Source: an uncultured Candidatus Binatia bacterium
GTDB taxonomy: Bacteria > Desulfobacterota > Binatia > UBA9968 > JAJDTQ01
Reading direction: 5' to 3'
DNA length: 64,000 nucleotides
Assembly (NCBI GenBank): GCA_965242525.1
Contig: OZ251459.1
Coordinates: forward strand, 1,600,001 to 1,664,000
Shown: positions 1 through 8,981 of the stretch, one piece after another
Layout: each line of letters begins with the position of its first letter
Numbering within the stretch: the stretch's first letter is position 1
Translations under genes and position numbers: made by a program
Notes under the pieces: generated by a model
What the model was told of the DNA's origin: nothing
Database searches by the model: none
Seen by the model: only the letters and a program-made list of their open reading frames with translations

Positions 1-894
1 CAGGAGCGCGCCCATGTCGCCGAAACCGTTCTCCGCATGGCCGTAGATGAACTCGGAGACGCCGCCGGAGAAGGTGACCGCGTCGATCTTCCCCCGGTAC
101 GACAGCGGCGGCAGCCGCAGCAACCCGCGGGTCTCTTCGGTGAGGTCCTGCTGGTTGACCACCTCGAACAGGCGGTCGGCCATCTCCGAAGCGATGGAGC
201 GGAGGGCGTCCTCGCCCAGGAGCCGGCCGAGATCCAGCTCGACCCCCACCGCGCTCCCGTGGCGCCGCCCGGCCTCCTCCACGCGCACCACCGCGTTGGC
301 GTCGTCCATGGCCACCAGGCGGGCGCCCACGTCGATGGCCGTGACCTCCCGCACCCTGCCCCGGACACACACCGCGATCTTGCTGGTGCCGCCACCCACG
401 TCGATGTTCAGCACCACTGCGTCGTCCCGACCGGAGCGGGCCACCGCGCCCGAGCCGTGGGCGGCCATGGTGGTCTCCAGACCGTCCCCCGCGGTGACCG
501 AGACGAACCGGCCCGCCTCCTCCGCGAACAACTCGGCGATGGCCCGGGAGTTGCGGCGGCGCACGGCCACGCCGGTGAGGATCAGCGCGCCGGTGTCCAC
601 GTCCTCCCGGTGGAGCCGGGCCCGCTCGTACTGCTCCTCGATGAACCGGCCCAGGCGGTCCACATCGATGGTCAGGTCGTCGGTGTAGGGCGTGAGCAGG
701 ATCTCCGATTCGCTCAGCACCGTGCGCTTCCTGACCACGTAGCGGGTGCCTTCCTGGCTGAGCTCCAGGCGGGAGAACACCAGGTGGGACGTGGACGAAC
801 CGATGTCCACGCCCACGCTGGTGAGCTTGATCTCGTCTTCGTCAACGATGTGTCGGCCGGCGCCGGTAAAGCCGAGGGGTCCTGGGGCGGCCAC
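1..894 (-). CDS. eutA: Ethanolamine ammonia-lyase reactivating factor EutA-like protein (3' part runs off the window start)
   Basis: Not in the ORF track. Manual translation from GTG at 894 gives ...KLTSVGVDIGSSTSHLVFSRL...DTGALILTG...VLNIDVGGGTSKIA, the two ASKHA phosphate loops typical of EutA. Confidence 0.85.
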   Translation of the reverse strand, partial: MAAPGPLGFTGAGRHIVDEDEIKLTSVGVDIGSSTSHLVFSRLELSQEGTRYVVRKRTVLSESEILLTPYTDDLTIDVDRLGRFIEEQYERARLHREDVDTGALILTGVAVRRRNSRAIAELFAEEAGRFVSVTAGDGLETTMAAHGSGAVARSGRDDAVVLNIDVGGGTSKIAVCVRGRVREVTAIDVGARLVAMDDANAVVRVEEAGRRHGSAVGVELDLGRLLGEDALRSIASEMADRLFEVVNQQDLTEETRGLLRLPPLSYRGKIDAVTFSGGVSEFIYGHAENGFGDMGALL

Positions 895-898
895 GGCG

Positions 899-2095
899 CT
901 AGGCTTTCGGCTGGTAGATCTCGGCAGGCATCTTGGACTTCATCCCCTCCCTGGCCAGGGTCTCTTCGAACTCCTTGCGCAGGAACGGGTCCTCGTCCCG
1001 GTAGGCGATGGCGGTGCCGCCGTCCTTGATCTCGATGGCGCCGTAGTCGATGGCCTTCTCACCGGGCCGGCCGCGCTCCCGGCCCGGGGCGTTGGGGCCG
1101 AACCACGCCGAAAGACGGAGGGGCTCCGCGCTCACGCCGAAGTGGGCGTGGAACCAGTTCCCGCCCATGGGCGCTGCGCTCACCATGCCCACGGGCTCGT
1201 AGTCCTGCCGCCGGACCTGTTCGCCCTTGCCGTCCTTCCACGGGGTGGGACCCAGGGTGGAGGGCCAAGTGTAGGTGTAGCCCTTGCCCTTGACGCAGAT
1301 GAGCACCGCGGCCGAGCCGTGGGCGTGGGCCTTGGAGTACCGGCCGGTCTCGTGCTGGCCGATCCAGAGGTAGAAGCTGTTGCCCACCATGTGCGGCTCG
1401 ATGCGGCGGTAGCCGGGGGAGCGGCGGTTGTCCAGCGGCAACTCGCAGGTCACGATGTCCGGGATGATGTTGGTCTGGCGCATGGCCAGCCCGCGCACCG
1501 GGTCGGGCTCGATCTCCTCGTTGGGCTTGTAGAAGTCGTCGGTCTCCCTGTAGCGGTCGCTGAAGACGTAGGGGCAGTTGAAGATGAAGTCCGTGTTGTT
1601 GAACAGGTTCATGATGTTGGGGGCGGTGGTGCCCGCCAGCAGCAGCGCCGGGCTGGAGGTGGCGTTCACGATCCGGTGCAGCGCGTTCACGGGTATGGCG
1701 AACAGGGAACCCGCCTGCCACTCGAAGGTGTGCTTCTTCTCGCTGCCTTCGACCCAGACCTCGGTGGTGCCGCGGCCCTCCACCACGAAGTACTGCTCCT
1801 CGTAGAGGTGCTTTTCCGCGTTCAGGGCGCCGGCCCCGGGAACCTCCACCACGTAGGAGCCCCAAAGCCCTTCCGTGCCCAGGAGCTGGATGAAGCTGGC
1901 GTTCCCGCCCAAGCGTTTCCATTGCTTCATGGGCAGGTTCTGGACCTTCTCCACCCCGATGTCACGGTAGATGGGTATCTCCTGCTCCTCCATGAAGGTG
2001 TCGTAAGCCGTGTTGGGCCGAAGGAACTTGCCGTAGCCCGCCTTCTGCATCTCGCCCGTCGGTTCCTGCCACTTGGATGTCCCGTTGCCAGCCAT
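899..2095 (-). CDS. Bicupin-domain protein
   Basis: AEKHLYEEQYFVVEGRG and KAHAHGSAAVLICVKGKG cupin motifs. ATG 2095 has a GGGAG RBS. Paralog at 60923-62161. Confidence 0.85.
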   Translation of the reverse strand: MAGNGTSKWQEPTGEMQKAGYGKFLRPNTAYDTFMEEQEIPIYRDIGVEKVQNLPMKQWKRLGGNASFIQLLGTEGLWGSYVVEVPGAGALNAEKHLYEEQYFVVEGRGTTEVWVEGSEKKHTFEWQAGSLFAIPVNALHRIVNATSSPALLLAGTTAPNIMNLFNNTDFIFNCPYVFSDRYRETDDFYKPNEEIEPDPVRGLAMRQTNIIPDIVTCELPLDNRRSPGYRRIEPHMVGNSFYLWIGQHETGRYSKAHAHGSAAVLICVKGKGYTYTWPSTLGPTPWKDGKGEQVRRQDYEPVGMVSAAPMGGNWFHAHFGVSAEPLRLSAWFGPNAPGRERGRPGEKAIDYGAIEIKDGGTAIAYRDEDPFLRKEFEETLAREGMKSKMPAEIYQPKA

Positions 2096-2267
2096 AGAGC
2101 CTCCCTGAACTGTTTGTGGTGAAGACGCCACTATAGACAATCACGGTTGGGAACGGTAGTCCTTGCCGGTCTCGCCCCGGCAAACGGTCCGGCTGGCGAG
2201 TCGGCGCCGGGAACCTGCCCGCCCGGACAGGCTCCCAGGCCCGCGGCCCTCGCCCGCTCGCCGCGCC

Positions 2268-2705
2268 TCAAGCGCCGGCGTCCAGCCCCGCCGCGGCGAT
2301 GCCGAACCGGGCGATGTCCTCGTCTTCGTCCGAAGTTCCCCCGCTCACACCCACCGCGCCCACCACGTCCTCCCCGTCGCATATGAGCAACCCTCCGGCC
2401 ACGGGCACGACCTTGCCTTCCGACATGGTGGTGAGGGCGCCCAGGAACGACGGCCGGTCTCCGAGGCGCTCGCCCAGGGCGCGGCTGGACCCGCCCATGC
2501 CCAGGCAGCCCCAAGCCTTGCCCATAGCCACCTGGGGCCGCAGGATCCCGGCCCCGTCCTCGCGCTTCAGCGCCTTCAGGTGGCCGCCGTCGTCCAGCAC
2601 CGCCACACACATGGGCCGGAGCTTCAACTCCCGCGCCCGCGCCAGGGTCTGATCGACGATGGTCCCTGCCTGCTCAAGACTCAGTATCGACTTCTTTCGT
2701 TCCAA
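2268..2705 (-). CDS. GlcG/HbpS family heme-binding protein
   Basis: VAVLDDGGHLKALKREDGA, KAW and GAVGVSGGTSDED motifs. Confidence 0.85.
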   Translation of the reverse strand: MERKKSILSLEQAGTIVDQTLARARELKLRPMCVAVLDDGGHLKALKREDGAGILRPQVAMGKAWGCLGMGGSSRALGERLGDRPSFLGALTTMSEGKVVPVAGGLLICDGEDVVGAVGVSGGTSDEDEDIARFGIAAAGLDAGA

Positions 2706-2757
2706 TGTTCTCCTCCCTGGTTTCCGGGTCCGGCGCGACGGCCGCGGCCTTGCAACG

Positions 2758-3513
2758 TCACTCGATAGATGACAATAGCTGGAACTCCTGCGACGACATC
2801 GGTTCGTAGCTTCGCGGCCAGTGGCCGCTCAACTCGATCAAGACGCGCTGCCTGGAAGGTGGAGGAACCGGATTGACCTTCACTACCCGTGCACGGTAAC
2901 GGCCAGGGGCGTGAGCCATCGCTTCGACCAGGTCGCGGACCAGATAGCGGGGCGTCCACCCGATCATGTAATAGTCCTCCGTCTGGATCTGGACGGCAAG
3001 GTCGGTGACCGGGTTGGTCAGTTCCAGGGTGACGTAGAGCTCTTCGTCGGCCTTCAGGCGCTCCAGCCGTTGCCGCGCCTCGCCGTTCGTGTGCCGCCAA
3101 CCGTGGAGGAAGAACCGGCACCGGAAGCTGCCGTCTTCACCTTTCACGAGTTTCGGGAAGACTTCATGGTAGTCCGTCATCCGAAAGCCGCCATTCACGG
3201 ACAGGATTTCGATGGGATCCGCGTCTTCCGGCAAGTCAAGGTTGCTCAAATAGTCCGCACGGTCCGGCCTTCCCGGCGCGATGACCCGGTTCCTGAACAG
3301 TGGAAAGAGGTATGAGGATCGATAGTCTTCTCCCAGGTCGGGGAAATCCCACAACGCCGGAAAACCCACTCTTTCCTGTGCGTCCCTGGCCCCGCCCGTA
3401 TAGCGAAAGCGATAGAAGGAACGCGCAACGTCCGCATCCAACCGACCGATGGGGAACCATTCGCGGGTCCGTTCCCTGTCTTGCCAAGCCAGGAAAAGAG
3501 TTCTCTCGCTCAT
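2758..3513 (-). CDS. HIRAN-domain protein (N-terminal HipS-like region)
   Basis: MSERTLFLAWQD start; C-terminal FFLHGWRH...ELTNPVTDLAV...IGWTPRYL HIRAN-like pattern. Overlaps the upstream kinase stop by 4 nt. Confidence 0.7.
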   Translation of the reverse strand: MSERTLFLAWQDRERTREWFPIGRLDADVARSFYRFRYTGGARDAQERVGFPALWDFPDLGEDYRSSYLFPLFRNRVIAPGRPDRADYLSNLDLPEDADPIEILSVNGGFRMTDYHEVFPKLVKGEDGSFRCRFFLHGWRHTNGEARQRLERLKADEELYVTLELTNPVTDLAVQIQTEDYYMIGWTPRYLVRDLVEAMAHAPGRYRARVVKVNPVPPPSRQRVLIELSGHWPRSYEPMSSQEFQLLSSIE

Positions 3514-4400
3514 CGGAAAAGCTCCTGTAATCGTTCGAGATTGGAGCCCATCAGCGCCCTCGCGAACCTTCTGGCTGAAGGAGACATCCACTCCGCTGGC
3601 ACACGGTGGACAAGTTCATCCACGGAGTATTCGTCCAGCTTTTCGAGCTTCGCCAGCGCCGGACGGAAAAGAGACGGATGTTCGCGGGCCGCTCTCCTTG
3701 CCAACGCCAGAGGGCTGGGGCCATGCTGCTCGTCTTCCGACCAGTAAAGCGCGCCGCGTCCTCTTTCCGCATAATCTTCAACACGGTTCTCTGCCATCAG
3801 TCTATCACGGCGTTCATCCGAAAGCTCCCGTCCCAACGAAGATGCGTGATCGAAGGTCGGTGCTACGAAACCTCTCCATCCGTCCCTTGTTCGCCTCCGA
3901 AGTATGCCCCAATTCTCGTGGTGACGATCCGTGTTGCCGATCAACGCGTCCAGAACCAGGTATTCCGCAATCCGCAGCTTCGCCCGTCTCGAACCATCAG
4001 GCTCTACGAAAACGCGGTCCATTGCCTGCCAGATGTTCGCCAGCGTATGACTCGACTGATGAGCTTCCCTCCCGGGATCGTAACCATGAACCACCATCGC
4101 CAACATCTGGTTGCCGTGGATCAGTTCCCGACCGCCGCGTGCGAACGATTCCGTCACCGACCCTCGTCGCCCTTGGAACTCCGCCAACTCCACTTTCGCG
4201 TGCGAGATTCCCAGTAGTCCCGCGACCTCGGCCGCGACCTTCTCCGCCCAATGTTCGCCCGTGTTCGGCCGGGGGTATTTGAAGAGCCTGGACCTTCCCT
4301 GCTGCTCCGGATCGCTGTACCAGAACTTCCGCTTGCTCCCCATTTCTTCCGGCTCATGGACCGTTGGGGGAACTTCAACGACCGGGTAGGAGTCGGACAT
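3510..4400 (-). CDS. HipA-like Ser/Thr kinase
   Basis: GSKRKFW, LFKYPR..TGEHWAEKVAAE, DALIGNTDRHHENWG and APTFDHASSLG motifs. Confidence 0.8.
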   Translation of the reverse strand: MSDSYPVVEVPPTVHEPEEMGSKRKFWYSDPEQQGRSRLFKYPRPNTGEHWAEKVAAEVAGLLGISHAKVELAEFQGRRGSVTESFARGGRELIHGNQMLAMVVHGYDPGREAHQSSHTLANIWQAMDRVFVEPDGSRRAKLRIAEYLVLDALIGNTDRHHENWGILRRRTRDGWRGFVAPTFDHASSLGRELSDERRDRLMAENRVEDYAERGRGALYWSEDEQHGPSPLALARRAAREHPSLFRPALAKLEKLDEYSVDELVHRVPAEWMSPSARRFARALMGSNLERLQELFR

Positions 4401-4491
4401 GGCGGTCGCTTCGCACAGTCAGCTTCATGCCGCTACGGATGTTTGGCCCCACGCCCGACCCGTTGAGGATTCCGACCGGGCAGCCCTCTGC

Positions 4492-7389
4492 TCACGACCC
4501 GGACTTGACCTGCCCGGTGCCGCTCGTCCCCTTCCGCGTTTCCGGGTCCGGCGCAGCCGGCTCGGCGGCTGCGTCCTTGCCGCGTCGGGTCTCCACCTGC
4601 AATGGAAGCTGTCCCTGTTTAGTCTCGCCCCAATAGACGGTCTGGTGCGGGAAGGGAATCTCGATGCCTTTCTCGTCGAAGGCCTTCTTCAGGCGGCGGT
4701 TGAACTCGCGGCCGATGCGCCACTGCTGGATGGGGCGGGTCTTGAGCCGCGCGCGCACGACCACCGCGGAATCCTCGAACCGATCGACCCCCATGATCTC
4801 GATGGGCTCCAGCATGTCGTAGCGGAACTGCGGGTCCTGGCGCATGGCCTCGTCCACATCCTTCAGGGCCGCCACCACCTCGTCGGTGTCCTCGCGGTAG
4901 GCCACTCCCACGTCCAGCAGGTAGCGCGAATAGTCCTTGGTCATGTTCTGCACGTGGTCGATGGTGCTGTTGGGCACGAAGTGCACGTTGCCGCTCAGGT
5001 CGCGTATGCGCACGGAGCGCAGTGTCACCTTCTCCACCACCCCGGAGACCCCTCCCACCTCCACCACGTCGCCCGCGCCCACGCTCCCTTCCGTGAGGAT
5101 GAACAGGCCGTTGATGACGTCCTTGATGAGCGACTGGGCGGCGAAGCCCACCGCCAGACCCACGATGCCGACACCGGCCAGCAGCGGGCCGGTCTCGATG
5201 CCCGCGAGTTGCAGGAGCAGGAAGAACCCCACCAGGACCACCAGCAGCTTGATGGAGGTCTGGGCCAGCGGGGCCAGGGTCTGGAGCCTCCTCCCGGTCT
5301 CCCGGCTGCGCACCCGGTCCAGCACCCTGGGACGCAGCAGCGAAAGCACCGCGACGTTGCTGAGCCGGACGAGGCCCAGCCCCGCCGCCACCACCAGGGC
5401 CATCAGGACGCCCCGGAAGAGCACCGTCCCCCCCAGCGGCGTCGCCAGGAAATCCACCACGGAAACGCCCCAGATCTCCAGTTGCACGACCACGCCCAGG
5501 ATCCCCAGGGGCACGTCCACCACCACCCATGCCAGGCGCCCGGCGCGACCGCCGTCGGCTTGGCCCCCGTCCGTCCCCGCGCGCCGGGCAGCGACCTTCC
5601 CGGACAGGGCGCGGACCCCGCTCTTCAGGTAGAAGGAAACCAGCAGCATGGAAAGCACCGTGAGGGTCGATCTCACGATCCTCTGCCATACGAACTGCGA
5701 CGCGTACTGGTAGCCCGCCAGGTTCAGGGCGACGATGCCGCCGAACACCGCCATGAGCGCGAAATGGACCAGGGGCCACACGGACCACAGGAACCCCTCG
5801 CTGGAACGGCTGCGCCGGAGGGCCGCCTCCATCAGGGAACTGCGGCGGCGGCATCCCACCGCTACCAACGCCAGCACCGCCAAGGTGAACGCGATCATCA
5901 GGAGGCGCGCCAGCGCCAGGCTCGCGGCCACGTCGTCCCCGGGCGCGTGCAGCAGGACGTGGCGCGGAACCAGCAACGCCAGCGCGGCCGCGCACCCCGC
6001 GGCGGACCCGAACCGCAGCGCCCGAGCCGCCTCCGGCGCCAGCCCCCAGCGCCGCTCGCCGTGGCCGTCCGGGCGGAAGACCGACTCGCCCACCAGTCCG
6101 ATCCACAGGACCAGCGCGGCGAGCTGCAACGCCCCGGTCAAGGCCGGACCCAGGGAGCCGTCCTGCAACAGGCCGAGCTGCGGCAGGGCCAGGGTGACGA
6201 GGACCAGGTAACCCGGCCAGACCGCGGCGTGGAGCGCCAGCAGGAGCGCCGCTCGATGCGCGGGCACGCGGCCCGGGCGAGCCCGCTGGCGGGCCACCCG
6301 GTCCCGGAGCGCCCCATGCCCCCGCACCGCAAGCCACGGCGCCAGGCCGAAGACCAGCACCGCGGCCAACCACGGCCACCACGACCCGGCGAAACGGCTG
6401 CGGGCCGTCCGACTCTGTAGCCGGGACCACTCGCCCAAGCGCCCGGAAAGGCCCAACCCCGCGTCCAGGGCCTGGGCCAACAACGCCCGGTTGGGCAGAA
6501 AGGGACCCAGCGGCTCACGGTTCCGGAGCCACAGCATCCGGCCCAGGACGAAGGTGTAGAGGCTTTCGATTTGGTCTTCCCGCCGGCGCTGCAACTCCGC
6601 CAGGCGGGCGGCCCGTTCGGCCAGCCCGGTGAGCACCCGTTCCTGTTCCTGCAGCGCCTCTTTCCGGCTTTCCACCAGGTCCTTCAGGCGGGACCTCAGT
6701 TCCGGCGTCGTCCGCCCCTGTGCGGCAAGGGCCTGCTCGTGGCTCCTGGCGTCGGAGTCCACGCGGAACGACAGCGCGCCCAACTCGAACAGGGCCTGCC
6801 GGAACTCCCGCACCCGTCGTTGCAGCGTCGCCTGGTCCGCGGAGCGCTGGGGCCGCCCCCGGCGGCGGAAGTTCTCGAGCTCCACCTTGACGTGCCGGGC
6901 CACCCAGTCGCCGGCGCCGTAGCGCTCCATCAACTCCACCAGGCGTTCCTTGTTGCGCACGTCCTGGGCCGCCAGCCGTTCCTGCTCGGAGAGTTCGACC
7001 CGCACCCGCTCCAGCTCCCTGTGGTAGGCCAGGGTCCGCTTCTGGACCTTCAGGACCTCCAGCTCCACCGCCATGAGCAGGCTCTCCACCCGCGACAGGC
7101 TTTCCGTGAGGCGCCTCTCGATGAAGGCCATGCGGTCGTCGAGCACCTCTTCCTCGCGCTCGATGCTGGCCGCGGTGCGCGCCGGAAGCTGCGCCCCGGG
7201 CGTTCCCGATGGCGCGGGTCCTGCCGCAGGCCGCACCGGCTGCACGGCCTCCGCCGGGTCCGCGGCGCCCACCGGCGGCGCCTGGGCGAGACTCCCCGAC
7301 GCCGCCAGCGCGAACGCGGCCGTGACCGCAGCCAGCGCCGCGGCCAACCATCTTCCGGAACGTCCGATCAATTCCGGCTCGAACTCCAT
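4492..7389 (-). CDS. Large MscS-family mechanosensitive channel (coiled-coil periplasmic region, multi-TM)
   Basis: Signal peptide, coiled coil and many TM helices, then GLAVGFAAQSLIKDVINGLFIL...GDVVEVGGVSGVVEKVTLRS...IEIPFPH. Confidence 0.9.
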   Translation of the reverse strand: MEFEPELIGRSGRWLAAALAAVTAAFALAASGSLAQAPPVGAADPAEAVQPVRPAAGPAPSGTPGAQLPARTAASIEREEEVLDDRMAFIERRLTESLSRVESLLMAVELEVLKVQKRTLAYHRELERVRVELSEQERLAAQDVRNKERLVELMERYGAGDWVARHVKVELENFRRRGRPQRSADQATLQRRVREFRQALFELGALSFRVDSDARSHEQALAAQGRTTPELRSRLKDLVESRKEALQEQERVLTGLAERAARLAELQRRREDQIESLYTFVLGRMLWLRNREPLGPFLPNRALLAQALDAGLGLSGRLGEWSRLQSRTARSRFAGSWWPWLAAVLVFGLAPWLAVRGHGALRDRVARQRARPGRVPAHRAALLLALHAAVWPGYLVLVTLALPQLGLLQDGSLGPALTGALQLAALVLWIGLVGESVFRPDGHGERRWGLAPEAARALRFGSAAGCAAALALLVPRHVLLHAPGDDVAASLALARLLMIAFTLAVLALVAVGCRRRSSLMEAALRRSRSSEGFLWSVWPLVHFALMAVFGGIVALNLAGYQYASQFVWQRIVRSTLTVLSMLLVSFYLKSGVRALSGKVAARRAGTDGGQADGGRAGRLAWVVVDVPLGILGVVVQLEIWGVSVVDFLATPLGGTVLFRGVLMALVVAAGLGLVRLSNVAVLSLLRPRVLDRVRSRETGRRLQTLAPLAQTSIKLLVVLVGFFLLLQLAGIETGPLLAGVGIVGLAVGFAAQSLIKDVINGLFILTEGSVGAGDVVEVGGVSGVVEKVTLRSVRIRDLSGNVHFVPNSTIDHVQNMTKDYSRYLLDVGVAYREDTDEVVAALKDVDEAMRQDPQFRYDMLEPIEIMGVDRFEDSAVVVRARLKTRPIQQWRIGREFNRRLKKAFDEKGIEIPFPHQTVYWGETKQGQLPLQVETRRGKDAAAEPAAPDPETRKGTSGTGQVKSGS

Positions 7390-7397
7390 CTCCCTGT

Positions 7398-7447
7398 AGG
7401 GAAAGCGCGTCCTTCGACTCCGCTTCGCTACGCTCAGGACGAACGGA
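7398..7447. repeat. Short dispersed repeat (GGGAAAGCGCGTCCTTCGACT-CGCTTCGCTACGCTCAGGACGAACGG); also at ~13221, 20381, 33484, 38229, 55035 and 60797
   Basis: Near-identical sequence at each listed site; same core as the interior of the MITE. Confidence 0.85.
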
Positions 7448-7497
7448 GATCTCGGGACGGACGGGTTTCTAGCACTCCGTAACAGTGCCTAAGTCAC

Positions 7498-7615
7498 TGA
7501 CATGGAGTATCTTGTCATGCACGGCGAATATGTCTCGCGCCGCATCTCTGCTGACAGCATGGAGCATCTCATCATGCATGGCAAAGATGTCTCGCGCCAC
7601 ATACCTGCTGACAGA
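7498..7615. repeat. Two imperfect 57-bp tandem units
   Basis: CATGGAGTATCTTGTCATGCACGGCGAATATGTCTCGCGCCGCATCTCTGCTGACAG followed by CATGGAGCATCTCATCATGCATGGCAAAGATGTCTCGCGCCACATACCTGCTGACAG. Confidence 0.75.
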
Positions 7616-7624
7616 GCGACTGTT

Positions 7625-7765
7625 GGAACCTCTGAACAATCGAGACATCCGGGATGGATTCCCGATTCCCTCACCCTGACGCCCCTATCCCCGTTCGTCC
7701 TGAGCGTAGCGTAGCGAAGTCGAAGGACGCGCTCATGCACCCTGTCTCGATTGTTCAGAGATTCC
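7625..7765. mobile_element. MITE copy (141 bp) with TGTT target-site duplication
   Basis: TIRs GGAACCTCTGAACAATCG / CGATTGTTCAGAGATTCC, flanked by TGTT on both sides. Confidence 0.85.
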
Positions 7766-7777
7766 TGTTACGGGGTG

Positions 7778-8857
7778 CTAGAGAAGCCGCCGGGGCAGGT
7801 TGACGAAGGTGCTCATCTCGTGCGGCGGCGCGGTCGCGGGGGCCTTGCACACATGGGCGGGGCCGAGTTGGTCCACCCGGGTCACCCCCAGCAGTCCCAT
7901 GGCCACGCGGATCTCGTTCTCCAGCAACTCCAGGGCGCGCACGAGGCCGGCATGGCCCGCGGCTCCCAGGGCCCAGCCCTGGAGCTTGCCGATGGTCACC
8001 GCCTTGGCGCCCAGGGCCACCGCCTTCACCACGTCGGTGCCCCTGAGGAAGCCGCCGTCGATGACCACCTCGGCCTTGCCGTCCACCGCCCGGACGATCT
8101 CCGGGAGCATGTCCATGGTCCCCTGCCCGTGGTCGAGTTGGCGCCCGCCGTGGTTGGACACGTAAACCACGTCCACGCCGTGCTCCACCGCGATGGCGGC
8201 GTCCTCCGCGGTGGCCACGCCCTTGAGGATGAACGGCAGCCCGCCCATCTCCTTGATGGCGTCCATGGTCTCCCAGGTCAGCATGGCCTGGAACACCCGG
8301 TTCGAGGTCTCCACGCGCTTGCTGGGCGGCAGCCAGCGGTTCAGCAACTGCCGCTCCCGGTTGCCGTAGTAGGCGGAGTCCACGGTCAGGCACAACGCCT
8401 TGTAGCCCGACTGCCGGACCCGTCCGAGGATCTCGTCCACCCACGTCAGGTCCCCGCGGATGTAGAGCTGGAAGAGCTTGTCCGACCGGGTGCTGGCCGC
8501 GGTCTCCTCCAGCGTCGGCTGGCTCACGGAGCTCACGAAGTTGACGGTGCCGAACTCCTCGGCCGCCCTGGCCGACGCCACCGCGCCCTCCGGCGTGATG
8601 AGCTGGAGCGACCCGATGGGGGCCATCATCACCGGGATGCGGAGCTTGTGCCCCAGCACCGTGGTGGACGTATCGACCTTGGAGACGTCCGCCAGCACCC
8701 GCGGGCGCAGGGCCAGCGAGTCCAGCGCCAGCCGGTTGCGCCGCATGGTGGTCTCCGACTCCGCGGCCCCGGTCAGGTAGTCCCACACGCTCTGGGGCAG
8801 GTTGCGCCGGGCCTGGGCGATCAGCTCCTGGTTGCTGACGATTTCCTCGCTCATCAT
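7778..8857 (-). CDS. FMN-dependent alpha-hydroxy acid oxidase/dehydrogenase (LldD/glycolate oxidase family)
   Basis: LRPRVLADVS, VSNHGGRQLD and DGGFLRGTDVVKAVALGA motifs; start placed at MMSEE. Confidence 0.9.
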   Translation of the reverse strand: MMSEEIVSNQELIAQARRNLPQSVWDYLTGAAESETTMRRNRLALDSLALRPRVLADVSKVDTSTTVLGHKLRIPVMMAPIGSLQLITPEGAVASARAAEEFGTVNFVSSVSQPTLEETAASTRSDKLFQLYIRGDLTWVDEILGRVRQSGYKALCLTVDSAYYGNRERQLLNRWLPPSKRVETSNRVFQAMLTWETMDAIKEMGGLPFILKGVATAEDAAIAVEHGVDVVYVSNHGGRQLDHGQGTMDMLPEIVRAVDGKAEVVIDGGFLRGTDVVKAVALGAKAVTIGKLQGWALGAAGHAGLVRALELLENEIRVAMGLLGVTRVDQLGPAHVCKAPATAPPHEMSTFVNLPRRLL

Positions 8858-8885
8858 CGTGTCCTTTTGGGAAAGGGATGGATCG

Positions 8886-8936
8886 GGAAGCGGCCTGCGG
8901 GAGTCCGCGCCGCGCAGACTCCCGCAGGCCGCTTCC
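8886..8936. terminator. Perfect 20-bp GC-rich intergenic hairpin (terminator or mRNA stabiliser)
   Basis: GGAAGCGGCCTGCGGGAGTC-loop-GACTCCCGCAGGCCGCTTCC between the SBP and oxidase genes; no clear U-tract. Confidence 0.5.
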
Positions 8937-8981
8937 GTCGAAAGGGACAACCCGCGGGACGGTCGGGGGACCGTCCGCGGC

